A stretch of 64,000 nt of DNA, taken from assembly GCF_009914755.1 (NCBI RefSeq), contig NC_060943.1. The stretch is one strand, 5' to 3'. Within the stretch, counting starts at the first letter, position 1. Each line of letters starts with the position of its first letter. A program made the position numbers and the translations under genes. Positions 1-20,029 of the stretch are shown in pieces. The notes below the pieces were generated by a model, which saw nothing but the letters and a program-made list of their open reading frames with translations, made no database searches and was not told the DNA's origin. The DNA comes from the human T2T-CHM13v2.0 reference genome, Homo sapiens.

Positions 1-199
1 CTCCCCTCAGCACTGCTGCCCTGCACCTGCCCCCTCCTCCATAATTTGAACTGTCCTCCCAGAAGCTGGAGAGACGGCCCGCCTGTCAGGAAAGAAAGGA
101 CCAGCATGCGGCAAATGCCTGGGGTATGTAGGAGCAGACGGCGAGATTAGCGCAGGGATGTAAGAAACAAGACCAAAGAAGACTCCGCGGCAGACGGCA

Positions 200-738
200 C
201 ACTAGGCCTTCATAGGGGCGTGCGCTGGACAGGACCTCGCCAGTTACCGAAAGAATTGTCTGAGAAAGGCTCTGATCTGACCCGAAAGGCCCTTGGTTCC
301 CACGGCAACGCCTCAGCGTCTGGCAGTAACAGGCTCTGTGCCCGGGCTCTCTGGATCTGCAGGTCCCGCCTCCGCCAGCCTCTCACAGCCCGGAGGCACC
401 TCCCATTGGCGCCTGACGGGTTGGTTAGGGCGGCTTTTCTTCCGGCTGTGACAAATCCAGCCTGAGGAGCGCTCCTGTGTCTTTCTTAGTTGTTTCTTCC
501 CGCCCACCTGCCCCTCAAAGCCACAACCCACTTGCACACCACCGTGTGGACACCTAAAAGCGACCGTCTAGATCTGAACCGCGCTGAGGGAATGGTCAGC
601 TTCTCTCCCATTAGATGGCTTGGCCCAAAGGACCTAGCGACTGCCCAGACAAAAATTTCTTCTGACATGCTGCATGTGTCTGTGGTCTCTAAGAGTCAAA
701 ACCAAAGCCAAAAGAAAAAGACAACCCCGCCCCCCGCG

Positions 739-771
<33 letters not shown>

Positions 772-836
772 ACACCACCACCAACCCACCTTTCACGAGA
801 GGAGTCCTTGAGAAGAGCCTCTCCAGCCAGAACCAG
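200..836 (+). promoter_or_regulatory. Most distal promoter-like region and candidate first exon (upstream ZNF875/lncRNA transcripts)
   Basis: Locally CpG-enriched. ATTGG (CCAAT) ~405, GC box GGGGCGG ~428, ETS-like TTCCGG ~440, splice donor CAG|GTAAAG at 836/837. TSS cannot be seen from sequence. Confidence 0.45.
742..771 (+). repeat. (CAA)10 microsatellite
   Basis: Read directly. Confidence 0.95.
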
Positions 837-1268
837 GTAAAGGAATCTGTGCACTTGGCGGGACCCAGAACACACAGTGGCAGGGACTTGACAGCCACAC
901 TCTTACCCCATAGAATCTCCACCACTGACACACAGATCAGGATGTGTCACCCTGAGAGATGACACCACAGTTCTGGGCTTTCACAGATTGATTCCACACT
1001 CTCTCACTGATTCCACACACATCCCATTACTCACACCAGATTCCCTCATCACTGACCCTACATACCTACAATCATTGATTCCATGGACCTCATCACTATC
1101 CCAAAGACCACCTATCACTAATCTACAGACCCTCCCCTGTCACCCCAGGGACCTCAGATTTCCCATCCCCGATTCCAGGATGTATAGAACCTCATCTCTT
1201 ACCCCCACAGACCTATTGATAAGAGAATACACTCATGGGAGACTGTGTTGACCATTTTACACATCCAT

Positions 1269-1295
1269 TGTGTGTGTGTGTGTGTGTGTGTGTGT
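1269..1295 (+). repeat. (TG)n microsatellite
   Basis: Read directly. Confidence 0.95.
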
Positions 1296-3135
1296 TGATT
1301 AATGGACTTAGGTAAACTTTAGCATTTTGGTAGGCAATGCAGTTTTTCAATGCCTTTTCATTTTCTTTCTTTTTCTTGTACATCTTTAAAGGCCTTACTC
1401 CAGGCAGTGTGAATTGCAATTTATTAATGCCTATCCCTTATTGAGTCCTTGTCATACATATTTGTTATTGATCATAATTCACAATTCTTATAACTCAGAG
1501 ACACCAAAGACTCGCATAAAAAGAATGGATGTGGGTTTTTATTTATTTATTTATTTATTTTGGTTTCTGTAGATTACAAAAGTCATTCATTTATATCAAG
1601 TCACGAAGTGTATGCTTTGTTTTCTAAAAAAAATTCTAATTAAAAAAAATTTTTTTTAGACATGGTCTCCCTCTTTCACCCACGATGGAGTGCCGTGGTA
1701 TAATCATGGCCACCACAGCCTCGACCTCTTGGGCTCAAGAGATCCTCCCACGTTAACCTACCTAGTAGCTGAGACCACAGGCATGCACCAATACGCCCAC
1801 CTAATTATTATTATTTTTTTTATAGATATGTGGGTCTCACTATGTTGCAGAGACAGGTCTCAAACTCCTGGGCTCAAATGATACTCCCACCTTGGCCTCC
1901 CAAAGTGTTGAGATTACAGGTGTGAGCCACTGCACCCAGCTGATAAAATCTTAAAAAGAGTAAAATACTTTGGCATCTAATGGAAAATTTCCACTGAGAT
2001 GATGCATCAGAAATTAAGGTAGAATAAGATGGTCCTAGGGCATCTGAAACAACGGAAACTCAATCTTGGACTGGGTATGGTGGCTCATGCCTGCAATCTC
2101 AGAACTTTGGGAGGAAAAGGTGGGGGACTCACTTGAGGTCAGAAGTTCGAGAGCATTCTAGCCAACATGGTGAAACACTGTCTCTACTAAAAATATAAAA
2201 ATTAGCCTGGAGGTTGCAGCGAGCCGAGATCGTGCCACTGCACTCCAGTCTGGGCAACAGAGGGAGACTCTGTCTCAAAAAAAAAAAAAAAAAAGAAGAA
2301 GAAGTAGAATAAACAAAATCTTAATTTATTCATCAAGTATAAAAATGTGGACTAGACTCTGGAGGAATAATACATAAAAAGACATAGGCACTATTTTTTT
2401 TTGAAGTTTTATTGAGAAATATTAATAACATATCACAGAAGCCACCCATTGAAAGTGTAAAATTCAACGGTTTTCAGTATATTTGCACAGTTGTGCAAAC
2501 AGCACCACAGTAAGTTTTAGATCATTTTCATTACCTTGAAGTAAACCCCATATCCCTCCAGTTCCCCCCAACTCCCCTAACCCCGGGCCACCACTAATCT
2601 ACTTTCTGTTTCTATGTATTGGTCTATTTTGGATATTTTATTTAAATGGAATTACACAACATGTGGTCTTTTGTGACTGGCTTCTTTCACTTAGCATCAT
2701 ATTTTCAAGGTTTATTAAATGTTGCATGTGCAGAGGGGGCACTTTACATAAGGATAAACCTGGGAGTGGGTGCGTACTGATTTTGAAACTTCACTCCAAA
2801 ATTGTAAAAGGGAAATGATTGATTTCAAATAGAGGAAAAACCTGTTCAAGCTAAAATCCTCCGTTTTCACCAGTTTGTAATGTGGGGTTTTATTGCGAAG
2901 AATGGCAAGGTTTTTATACATATTTTCTGCAAATTCTCCCTGTGTTTGGGAACAGTCACAGAATGTGGAGGTATGGGCTTCTGGACTCTGTGGCTGGAGA
3001 TTCGAGTCCAGGAGAACTCAAGTCTCAGGGTAGGCAGAGAATAACAGTGCAAGAGTGCCAATGGAACCCTTTGAAATGGAAAATTTAAAATGTTCCCTCC
3101 CAAAGGAGTCCCAGATAACCACACAAAAGAGGAGT

Positions 3136-3644
3136 TTGCTGAGTCAGTCCGTCGCGATTCTCCAATAGGATGCAGACAGACTGGGAAAGAAGAAAGTTTA
3201 TTTCTGCAACCGATTACATGGAGAAGGGCCAAGTAACTCACCAGACCAACTCAAAGTTACAAGTTTTTTTCTAGTGTTTATAGACATCTTAAGGTCCACG
3301 GTATGTGTGGGACTGCACCTACAAGCAGAAGTGTTGCATTCAATCAACATCTAATCTTTAACTAGGGCCTAGGGTCTGGAAAGATTTCTCTAGAGTCTTG
3401 GAAAGTTTCTGAATCTTAAGACAGGCTGAGGTGAATGTGTAAGAATGCTATTATTATTCGATCAGACTTTAGGATCTGAGAAGACCAAGGCAGGGTCTTA
3501 ATGGGTTCGTTTTCGCATTCCATCCCTGATACTCAGGCACCAGTTTCTCCATTTCTTCAACGTTTAACTTATGCATTCATCAAAATTATAGTAAAGGGTT
3601 AGTGGAAACTGTTCTGGTTGCTAATGGAAACCTGGCCTGCCACA
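3136..3644 (-). mobile_element. Probable ERV LTR (ERVL-like), family uncertain
   Basis: Minus strand begins TGTGGCAGGCCAGG, with TATAAA and AATAAA in LTR order. Left boundary approximate. Confidence 0.5.
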
Positions 3645-3879
3645 CTGTGATCGGAACTAAAGCCCACTACAGAACACTGAAAATGCCTGCAAAACACTGA
3701 CTTTACTGACAAGTCAATTAAATTACAGAAAAGCAAGTTCACCTCCCTGCCCGCTCTGTCCTCCGGAATTGCTAGGTAGAAACGTGCACATTGTCCTAGG
3801 TTCAGTTTTGCAAAGACGGAGTCCGTCAGAGAAAGCATTTGTTTGATTTCATGCATTTGTGTTTCCTTTGTCCATTTCC

Positions 3880-4999
<1,120 letters not shown>

Positions 5000-5713
5000 A
5001 CTAGCCTGTTTTTTGATAACAAGACTGGCGGTGCACAAAGTTGGGTCTCTGTGTTCACCGGGAGGTGGGCATTGGCCAGGTGGGACGGTCTCCAGCGCCT
5101 GGTGCAAATCTCCACCAAAGTGCAGGAAACAGCATCAACTATTACTGCAAAGTTTTGGTTTGGCGCAGCGGGTAGACGTTCCAGCGCTGAAATGCGCAAG
5201 AAAGTTTTTGCTGCGCATGTAGGCGGGTCAGGCCCAAGCGCTTCTTATTGGCTAATGTGGAGCGAACCTGCACATCCATTGACTGAAAGCTCCGTCTATT
5301 TGAGGCTAACCGAGAGCGTCCCTTCCTTTTGTGTTGCCTGGAAACAGACTGTCCGCCTACTAACATCTGATCGCGTTTCCCATTGGTCGCCGTTTCCGGA
5401 AGCCCGCCCTCCCGTTTCCGGAAGCCCAGCACAGGCTGGGTCTGCAGATGGCGTCCGAGTGCACAGTGGCCAGTGTGATTCCGCAGTCTTGGGCTGTTCG
5501 GCCAAGCGCCCACCGGACGTGGGACGCTGGAGGGTCAGCAGCGTGGAGTCCTGGCCTTCAGCGTCCGCGGCTGGGAAATCGGCCATCGCCACGGCGGGAA
5601 CTAGGACTGGCTGCGTCCCGGCCCTTCCCCATCCGTCCACCGGACTCGTGGGCGCCCGCACTGACTGTGATGTAGTTTCCTGACCTCTGACACGTATTGT
5701 CTCAAGATTAAAG
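5000..5713 (+). promoter_or_regulatory. CpG-island promoter and non-coding first exon (distal ZNF875/lncRNA promoter)
   Basis: CpG-rich. ATTGG boxes ~5071, 5247, 5382; duplicated CCGTTTCCGGAAGCCC (5390-5405, 5412-5427); YY1-like CAGATGGCG 5445-5453; donor AAG|GTAAAA at 5713/5714. Confidence 0.75.
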
Positions 5714-5950
5714 GTAAAAACGGGACTTTTTCAGCCCACTCGGGTAAAATGCCCTTTTATTTCTAGGCAGGTGTTTTGTTGCAGAACGCCTCGAAGGGAG
5801 GGAGTGATCAGTAGGTTGAAGTTTATTAAATAAAATACATTACTAGTTTATATTATGTTTATAATAAAGCACCCCAACCTTTAAAAAAAATCTCACTTTT
5901 TGCCAGTTGTATTATTTAGTGGACTGTCTCTGATAAGGACAGCCAGTTAA

Positions 5951-6346
<396 letters not shown>

Positions 6347-6531
6347 TTATAAAATCATATTTCTTGTGGAAAATTTCTGTGAAAGGCACAGCGAGTTAGT
6401 TTGGAATTGTTTTAAAGGAAGTAAGTTCCTGGTTTTGATATCTTAGTAGTAGTATTTTCCCCAATGTCTTTGAAATCTAATTTTTGGGGCACGTATGTAG
6501 AGTAACTTTTGTGAAAGAAACAACCAGTTAA

Positions 6532-6924
<393 letters not shown>

Positions 6925-7410
6925 TAAATCCTTTAAAATGTTAATTGGTGGATCTCTGACTTTTGTAGTATTTATTTCATAGTGTGAATGAGACACCTAT
7001 AGGCGGCAGGTCTCTATCTTCATGAAGTGTGAAGATTTGGTGCTTTATAAAATAGCCCCCACATTGTTCATAGGCCTTATTCTTGATTCTCAGCTCCCCT
7101 CTGCTTCTGACATTGTTACTAAAATTAAGCTATGTTTTTGTGGTTATGTGAGAGCTGTGGAAATGTCCAGCATTAGCCACTAATGTTTCTCCTTGATATT
7201 TCTCCATATCTTAATACTGACCCTCAATCCGTTACTCAGATGGGTGTCCTTTTCCTGGATGTCTGGAAACTAAGACCGGCTATCCCTCTGACCTCCCTGC
7301 TGAACAACCATTTTTTTCCTCTCTCTCTTCTCTTGTCTACACTTGAGTTGGTAACCTCAGCTCTTTCATGAGCAGCCTTGATTCCTTTGACTCCCTCTAA
7401 CTCAGAGTTT

Positions 7411-7703
7411 ATTTTATTTATTTATGTTTTTTTGAGACGGAGTCTCGCTCTGTCACCCAGGCTGGAGTGTAGTGGTGTGATCTCAGCTCACTGCAAGCTC
7501 CGCCTCCTGGGGTCACGCCATTCTCCTGCCTCAGCCTCTCCCAGTAGCTGGGACTACAGGCACCCGCCACCACGCCCAGCTAATTTTTTGTATTTTCAGT
7601 AGAGATGGGGTTTCACCGTGGTCTCGATCTCCTGACTTCGTAATCCACCCGCCTCGGCCTCCCAAAGTGCTGGGATTACAAGTGTAAACCACCGCACCCG
7701 GCC
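7411..7703 (-). mobile_element. AluYd/Yc3-like Alu
   Basis: 12-bp left-arm deletion (CACCGTGGTCTCGATC); TSD TAACTC(A/T)GAGTTT. Confidence 0.85.
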
Positions 7704-8019
7704 ATAACTCTGAGTTTATTACCTGCAGTTCCATCAGCCAAGTTTAGGGCCCATGAGAAGGGCCCATGAATGAAATTTTCACATACCTCTAGCCAAAATA
7801 TAGTGTTTCCTTCCATCTTGAATACAGGCTGTAGAGCCCTTGGGTATGGGGCATTATTAGCAGTCAGACCACAGCAGTTTTTATGTCATCTGACAGCATC
7901 TCCAAATAGCCTTCATGGTTGTCACTGCTTCCCAATGACAATTCCAAATAACAGTTCCCAGTGATGATGTGCTACTTGCTATTGTTACTTAATGTGTTAA
8001 AGTGGCTGTTACAGACACT

Positions 8020-9391
8020 ATTACTATGTCAGGAATTACACCAAAATTTAGTAGCTCAAACCATCATTTTATTATGTTTGTGGATTCTCATGCTTATAGT
8101 CAGGATTTCAGACATGGCACAAGGGTAGCCCACTTGTCTCTGTTCCGTGATGTCTGGCCTCAGCACAGAAGACTCAACAGCTGGGGTCTGGAACCATCTG
8201 GAGGCTTGTTCCTTCACATCTGATACCTGGCTTGGGATGTTGGAAGAGGGGGCTCAGCTGGGACTGAGTCCCTACATGTAGTGTTTCCATATGGCCTTGA
8301 CTTCCTTACAGCCTGGTGTGGGGAAAAGAAAGAGGGATCAGACTGTTACTGTGTTTGTGTAGAAAGAAGTAGACATAAGAGACTCCATTTTGTTCTGTAC
8401 TAAGAAAAATTATTCTGCCTTGAGATGCTGTTAATCTGTAACCCTACCCCCAACCCTGTGCTCACAGAAACGTGCTCTGTTGGCTCAAGGTTTAATGGAT
8501 TTAGGGCTATGCAGGATGTGCTTTGTTAAACAAATGCTTGAAGGCAGCATGCTTGTTAAAAGTCATCACCACTCCCTAATCTCAAGTACCCAGAGACACA
8601 AAACACTGTGTAAGGCCGCAGGGATCTCTGCCTAGGAAAGCCAGGTATTGTCCAAGGTTTCTCCCCTTGTGATGGTCTGGAATATGGCCCCGTGGGAAGG
8701 AAAAGACCTGACGTTCCCCCAGCCCGACACCTGTAAAGGGTCCGTGGTGAGGAGGATTAGTAAAAGAGGAGGGCCTCTGCACTTCAGATAAGAGGAAGGC
8801 ATCTGTCTCCTGCTCGTCCCTGGGCAATGGAATGTCTCTGTGTAAAACCCGATTAACTGCTCTTTAATGCACCAAGATTTTTATGTATGTGCACATCAAA
8901 GCACAGCACCTTTTTCTTAACCTTGTTTATGACACAGAGATATTCACATGTTTTCCTGCTGACCCTCTCCCCACTATTACCCTATTGTCCTGCCACATCC
9001 CCCTCTCTGAGATGGTAGAGATAATGATCAATAAATACTGAGGGAACTCAGAGACCAGTGCCAGCATGGGTCCTCTGTATGCTGAGCGCCAGTCCCCTGG
9101 GCCCACTTTTCTTTCTCTATACTTTGTCTCTGTGTCTCTTTCTTTTCTCAGTTTCCCGTCCCACCCGACAAGAAACACCCTCAGGTGTGGAGGGGCAGGC
9201 CATCCCTTTCACCTGGCAGCCTCAGGGTAGTCAGAATTCTTAGGAGGCACAGGGCTCCAGGTCAGATGCTGAGTGATCTTTTATGAGGTAGCACAGCAAA
9301 TCCACCCAGGATCGGGGAGAGAGGACATCGATTCTGCCTCTCAAAGGGAGGAGTGGCAAGAAATGTTGAGCCATTTTTTAAAACTACCACA
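8020..9391 (-). mobile_element. MLT1-family MaLR LTR interrupted by an LTR5 insertion
   Basis: MLT1-like sequence on both sides of 8317-9211; ends ...TTTTAAAACTACCACA (TGTGGTAG on minus). Confidence 0.65.
8317..9211 (+). mobile_element. HERV-K(HML-2) solo LTR, older LTR5A/B type, with internal deletion
   Basis: Starts TGTGGGGAAAAGAAAGAG, ends CCCTTTCA; 5-bp TSD CCTGG (8312-8316 / 9212-9216); AATAAA 9030-9035. Confidence 0.92.
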
Positions 9392-9713
9392 GCAACATGC
9401 CTATTAATATGTCAGAAAAAATTAAAGCATCCTGATAGCTGCATTTCTAAGTAATTGGTCTCCTTTGAAATTCTGTGAATTGTGTTTTTGGTAGTATATG
9501 GCATTATTCTGAGGAGGGGTCAAAGACTCTCCCGTATGTTAGAACGGTCCTGCACAGAACAGGCTAACCCCCACCCACGTCCCCCAGTGTTTGAAATGCA
9601 TAGTGTTTGCTGTGGTTTATTGGTCAGGGCAGGAGTTTCTCATTTAAATTGGCCTGTAACTTTTTTTTTGGTCTGATTTCCTTCTGTTTGTGCTGATATT
9701 CTCACCTCAATAG

Positions 9714-9761
9714 GAATCAGGAGCTTCTTTTGCTGTTCTTCTGTTTTGGATGCATTGGAAG
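9714..9761 (+). ncRNA. Candidate 48-nt non-coding exon of distal-promoter transcripts
   Basis: Pyrimidine tract + TAG acceptor; consensus donor AAG|GTAAGT. Confidence 0.55.
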
Positions 9762-10682
9762 GTAAGTTTCCTTGTGAACCATATTTTGGACTCATTTTGT
9801 AGGCTTTGCCAAATGGCCTTTTTACGCTCCCATTTTGCATTTTCTTTGGATATTCTCATAGATTCTCAGGGATATTTTCATATTTTACTATTCATGAATT
9901 TAGAAGTGTGTTTACTTTCCTGAGTTTTCATTTTCTTCTTTTTCTTCCGTTGTATGTAATTTACAGAGCAAATACCCACCAGAGAGAATACCGTAAGGGA
10001 TGTGGAAAGTGAGTTTCTTTGCGCTTATCCAGTGATTGATTTTCAGTCAATGAGCATTCAGTATATGCCTGGGACTCTGGCTTTATTTATTAGCTTTCTG
10101 ATGCTGAACCCATCAGTGAACTACTCTGTATATTTGATTCATCATGAAATGGTGACACCCAGGGTGGCTGATTTCCAGGTTTACATCAGTTGCCCCAGGG
10201 GAAGTGCCTGGCCCTTGTCTGGTTGTTGCTGCTCTAACTTTGCCCTGTTAATTGAAGAAATGCAGCTGTAAACACTTCCTGGGGTGTTGCTGGCATTTAC
10301 TGTCCTCACAGTTTACAGGGAAGCCCATATTTTCAGCCTCTTCCTCTGCTTTCTGCCATTTCTAAACCATCTCACCCGATCTGGTGTAATCTTCATTGTG
10401 TGTGAGTTTGCACAGATGTAATTTGGGCCTACATGTGTCCAAAGCCTAATGCCCACCTCCCACCTCCACGAAAATCTGGAGCTCAGGACCCACTACCCTC
10501 CCCCACCCACTGCAAGCTTGAACATTTGATGGTGGAAACCCCGCCCTGAGTTTGTATTATGGTGGGTTCTCTTGGGTCTTGTTCTCTGTGGGTCTGTCCT
10601 GCGTTATAGTGTGTGGAGCCGGGGGGATTTTCACTGTGTTCCTAAAGGAGGGTCACAAGGAGTTGTTGGGCAAACGGTCTGA

Positions 10683-10934
<252 letters not shown>

Positions 10935-11061
10935 TAGGCCTCCCAGAGTGCTGGGATTACAGGTGGGCACCTGGCCAAGGGGCTGATATTTCTTAAGGGC
11001 TTTCCCCAAGAAGGAAGAAGCCAAACCTACTCAGGCAAATCTTGTTTATTTATTCTTCTAG

Positions 11062-11099
11062 GTCCAGATTTGGAACAAGTCTCTCTAGAGATTGAACAG
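11062..11099 (+). ncRNA. Candidate 38-nt non-coding exon
   Basis: TTATTCTTCTAG acceptor; CAG|GTAAGG donor. Confidence 0.45.
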
Positions 11100-11736
11100 G
11101 TAAGGCTCACCTTTCAATAGTTACACCAAGAAAGGCCTAGCTGATGACTTAAGCTATGGTTTTGGGCTGCACGAGAGTGGTCAGGTGGACAGTAGGGAAG
11201 TCTACATGTAACCCAAACGGAAAAGAGAAAAGGCCCCTGAGAAATCAGGGGAAAGTGCCACAGTGTCTCTTTCTTGATGATGTCACTGGCATGTGGGTTA
11301 CCTTCCCACTGTGTCCCCCAAAGGACATGAGGCCACAAACTGAAGTGCCCATGAACAGAGGAGCTGTGGGGACGGTGGTTTGATCGCTCCGTTCAAATGC
11401 ACACCCCGGTGCATGTGCATCTCTTCTGATGCAGGGCCCCAGTGGGTAAGCTCTGTGCTTCTCCACACAGTGGATCAGGAGTGGAAACATTCTGTCTGTT
11501 TAGCGCTTGATGGTTTGGTGGTGACCTCATGTCATGGTGATTAGAGCCAATGATCCTAACAGTTTAAAATTGTTGAGCTTGTGGGTAGGTATTTGGGAGA
11601 TAGTATGTGTGTTACCTAGTGTTTGTCATCTGCAGTGGTTTTGTTACTTTTTGCATAAACTGCGGAGAACGTTTACTAACTGCAGATGATAGAGAAATCA
11701 CCAGTCACTCTAAAATCCTCCCATTTCTTGGTCTAG

Positions 11737-11794
11737 AGCTGCACCTGGAACCCGCCGCAGGGAGGAGACCTGAAGACCAGAGGAAACACAGCAA
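11737..11794 (+). ncRNA. Candidate non-coding exon (acceptor could instead give a start at 11686)
   Basis: CCCATTTCTTGGTCTAG acceptor, purine-rich body, CAA|GTAGGC donor. Confidence 0.35.
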
Positions 11795-12297
11795 GTAGGC
11801 CCTTTAAACCACTCACCTGTGTTGTCTTCTAATTTATTCTGTTTTATTTTGTTTCCATCATTTTAAGGGGTTAAAATCATCTTGTTCAGACCTCAGCATA
11901 TAAAATGACCCATCTGTAGACCTCAGGCTCCAACCATACCCCAAGAGTTGTCTGGTTTTTTTAAAATTACTGCCAGGTTTCAACTGCAGATATCCCTGGA
12001 AGGAATAGTCCAGATTCCCTGAGTAGTTTCCAGGTTAAAGTCTTATAGGCTTCTTCTGTTTTGAGGAGGAGTTCCTGTCAGAGAAAAACCTGATTTTGGA
12101 TTTTTAGCTTTAATGCTTGTGAAACGCTATAAAAAATAATATTCTACCCCTAACATTAAAGTACTGTTAGTGAGAAATTAAAATTCCTTCAGGAGGATTA
12201 AACTGCCATTTCAGTTACCCTAATTCCAAACGTTTTGGTTGTTAGAATTTTCTTTAATGTTCATGAAGAAGTGTTTTATATTTTCCATCAAGATTGA

Positions 12298-15785
<3,488 letters not shown>

Positions 15786-15852
15786 AAAGGGTGGAAAAGA
15801 GGGATTCCAGAGTGCCAGGCACACAGATTTTCTGGAAGGTTTACATGAGGAC

Positions 15853-16243
15853 TGCTGTGGTTTGAATGTGTTCCCCAAAGTTCATGTGTTGGAAACTCAA
15901 CCCCTAATGCAACAGTGTTGATCAGTGGAACCTTTAAGAGGTGATTAGGTCATGAAGGCTCTGCCCTCATGAATGGATGAAGGTAGGGTGGGTTAGTTAT
16001 CTTGGGAGGGGGTTCCTGATAAAAGGATGAGGTTGGCTTCCTCCCTTTCTGTCTTTCCCCTTCTCCCTCTCACATGTGGTCACTCTCTTGCCCTTTTACC
16101 TTCCAGCATAGGACAACACAGCGAGACCTTCACCAGATGCAGGCCCCTCACTTTCCCAGTGTTCAGAACCATAAACCAAGTGAACCCTTATAAATCACCC
16201 AGTCTGTGGTATTCTGTTATAGCAACACAAACAGACTAAGACA
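15853..16243 (+). mobile_element. MST-family MaLR solo LTR
   Basis: TGCTGTGGTTTGAATGTG...CAGACTAAGACA; approximate 5-bp TSD AGGAC/GGGAC. Confidence 0.85.
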
Positions 16244-18432
16244 GGGACACTCAGTGAGCTCTTCTCTCTACTTGATGGAGCACTCCCTGCGTGGTGCCTT
16301 GTATTTGTAGACATGATGCTGTAAATGCTCTTTGAGTGTCTCGAAGGCTTTTATGTTTGAGGAGTTTACAGAGAAGCCCGTACAGGGTTCAGGTCCATTC
16401 TGTTGCTTCTTTGCTCCTTAGTTCCTCCCCTAATCTGATGTTAAATTAGATCATAGTGTGGTCCTTGGACCAATAGTATCAGTAGCACCTGAAAATCATG
16501 CTGGAAATACAGATTCACAGGCTGCTCCCCAGAATACTGAAGAAGAAACTCTAGGAGTGAGACCCAACAATCTGTGTTTAACAAGTCCCCAGGTGAGTCT
16601 GATGCACAAAGAAACGTGAGCTGCTGTATTAGATGGTGTTGAGTTCATGCCACCGAATCACTGACACACACATCTGCTCACTGCTTGCTCTTCGCACAGG
16701 CCCCTGGATCCTCCTGGAATCCCTGATCCCTGTTGCTCCCTTGCGGAGTTTTCTAGTCCCTCTTATTTGAAGCATGTCTTTCAGAGCCTCGCACCACCCA
16801 GCTTGGGTATCTGGTGAATTCTGTGGTCTGCATGTCCATGTTTTTGACATTCTGGGAAGGGTGGCCCAGGCTGTGATTTGCCATCTACTGCTGCAGGCTA
16901 TGGATGGTATTCAGAAGGGAGGGGAGATGCTGTGTGCGTGTTCTGAAGGGTTTCCCACTAAATGGAGAGACTGACTCTCTCCATAAGTATTTGATTTTTA
17001 CTTTATCTCCTCGTTGACTTCACAGTGTAAGTGCAGTTTGTCTCTACTGGGTGATGCATGCAGATAAATGTTTATGTGAACATAAGAAGTCTGCATGTGT
17101 GGGTGAACTCTCCACATCATGTCATTTATTGTCCATCATTACGTATCTGTGGTGTCTAGCACATTCCTCTACCTTATTTTCTGTCATTGTACCTACTTCT
17201 ACCTGAACACGTATTAAATATCTTATTAAAAATACACAAATATTATGTTTCCTCAGTGGTTTTTTCCCCCTCACATTGGGCCCTCCTCTTCAGTGGACTA
17301 CAGTGTGGTACCTGCAGGTCTCAGGCCTTCTGGGAGGTTCCAGCTTTTCCTGGATGCTCTCTCTCTCTGGCCAGCTCAGGCTGGAGCAGTGGGTGTTGGT
17401 GCCATCCTGTGGCTATAGGTGATAAACCAGGTTGTGTTTTGACCCCTAGTCTTGAATCCTGGAGTTCTCACATGCGTGGATTTAAATGCTGTGTCTTTCT
17501 AAGGGCAGATTGTGCCCATTTTCCTTCTCTGCCTCTCAAGGGACTGTTTGCTGTGTTTATTGACTTACCATTAAAAAAAATCATATACATTGATGAATTA
17601 GATTGTACTCCATAAATTATATATGTTTGAAAAATAAAGAATATTTTTTCAATTTTTTTCTGATTTTTACCTATCTTTTAAATTGTATATATTTATGGGG
17701 TACAAAATGATGTTATGATTTTTCCATACAGTGTGGAATGTTTAAGTCAAATTATCCTATCCATTACCTCAAATACTTGACTTTTTTTGGTGATGAGAAT
17801 GGTGTTTATCACTTTCACTCATCAGCTCCTGATGTCTTCCATGCTAGGGACAGGAAAGGCTCAACACTTGACTTTCCCTCCTGTTTTCTTAGCCACTGTC
17901 AACCCTTGAATGTACCCTCCAGGGTTGCCTGTCACCTTTTACACCTAGCCTGATCCTTGTGCACCCACTTTCCTCTCAGGGACTGTCCTTAGGGAGTGAC
18001 TTTATGCACAGACTTAATGTGCTCTTCCTGCCTCCTTCATCCCCATAAGCCCCCATCTCAGCCCCATCTGATTATTTCCTCCCTCTCTCATTTCCTGTTA
18101 TTCTGTTGGTTTTCTAACCTGAAGGGTAACTGCTTACTCCTTAGTTTTCTGCCTTAATTTCTAAGTCATAGGCTACTTTCAGGCTAAAAGTTTTCCTCCA
18201 GCCATGGTTTTAGTCTCATTCTGTAAGTCTTGGTTTTTAGTTTTATTCATTTAAAATTAATCTTTAATAACTTTTTTGACTCATTGGTGACAGAGTAATT
18301 CCCTCTCTTCCCACCACACCACCCTCTGTCCCCAAGATTCTGGAAGTTTGTTCTTCCCCTTTTGTGATCATTGTTACTTAAAACTTTGAGTTTTTCAAAT
18401 TAGAAGTTTCTTCTATAAATGTATATAGAGCT

Positions 18433-20029
<1,597 letters not shown>

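Noticed and set aside
5051-5683. 210-aa ORF and overlapping antisense ORFs
   Set aside because: GC-rich promoter sequence with few stops, non-ATG start, no domain.
11674-11685. Perfect TACTAAC branch point before CAG at 11685
   Set aside because: Too close to that AG and no pyrimidine tract between; may serve the AG at 11736 or be chance.
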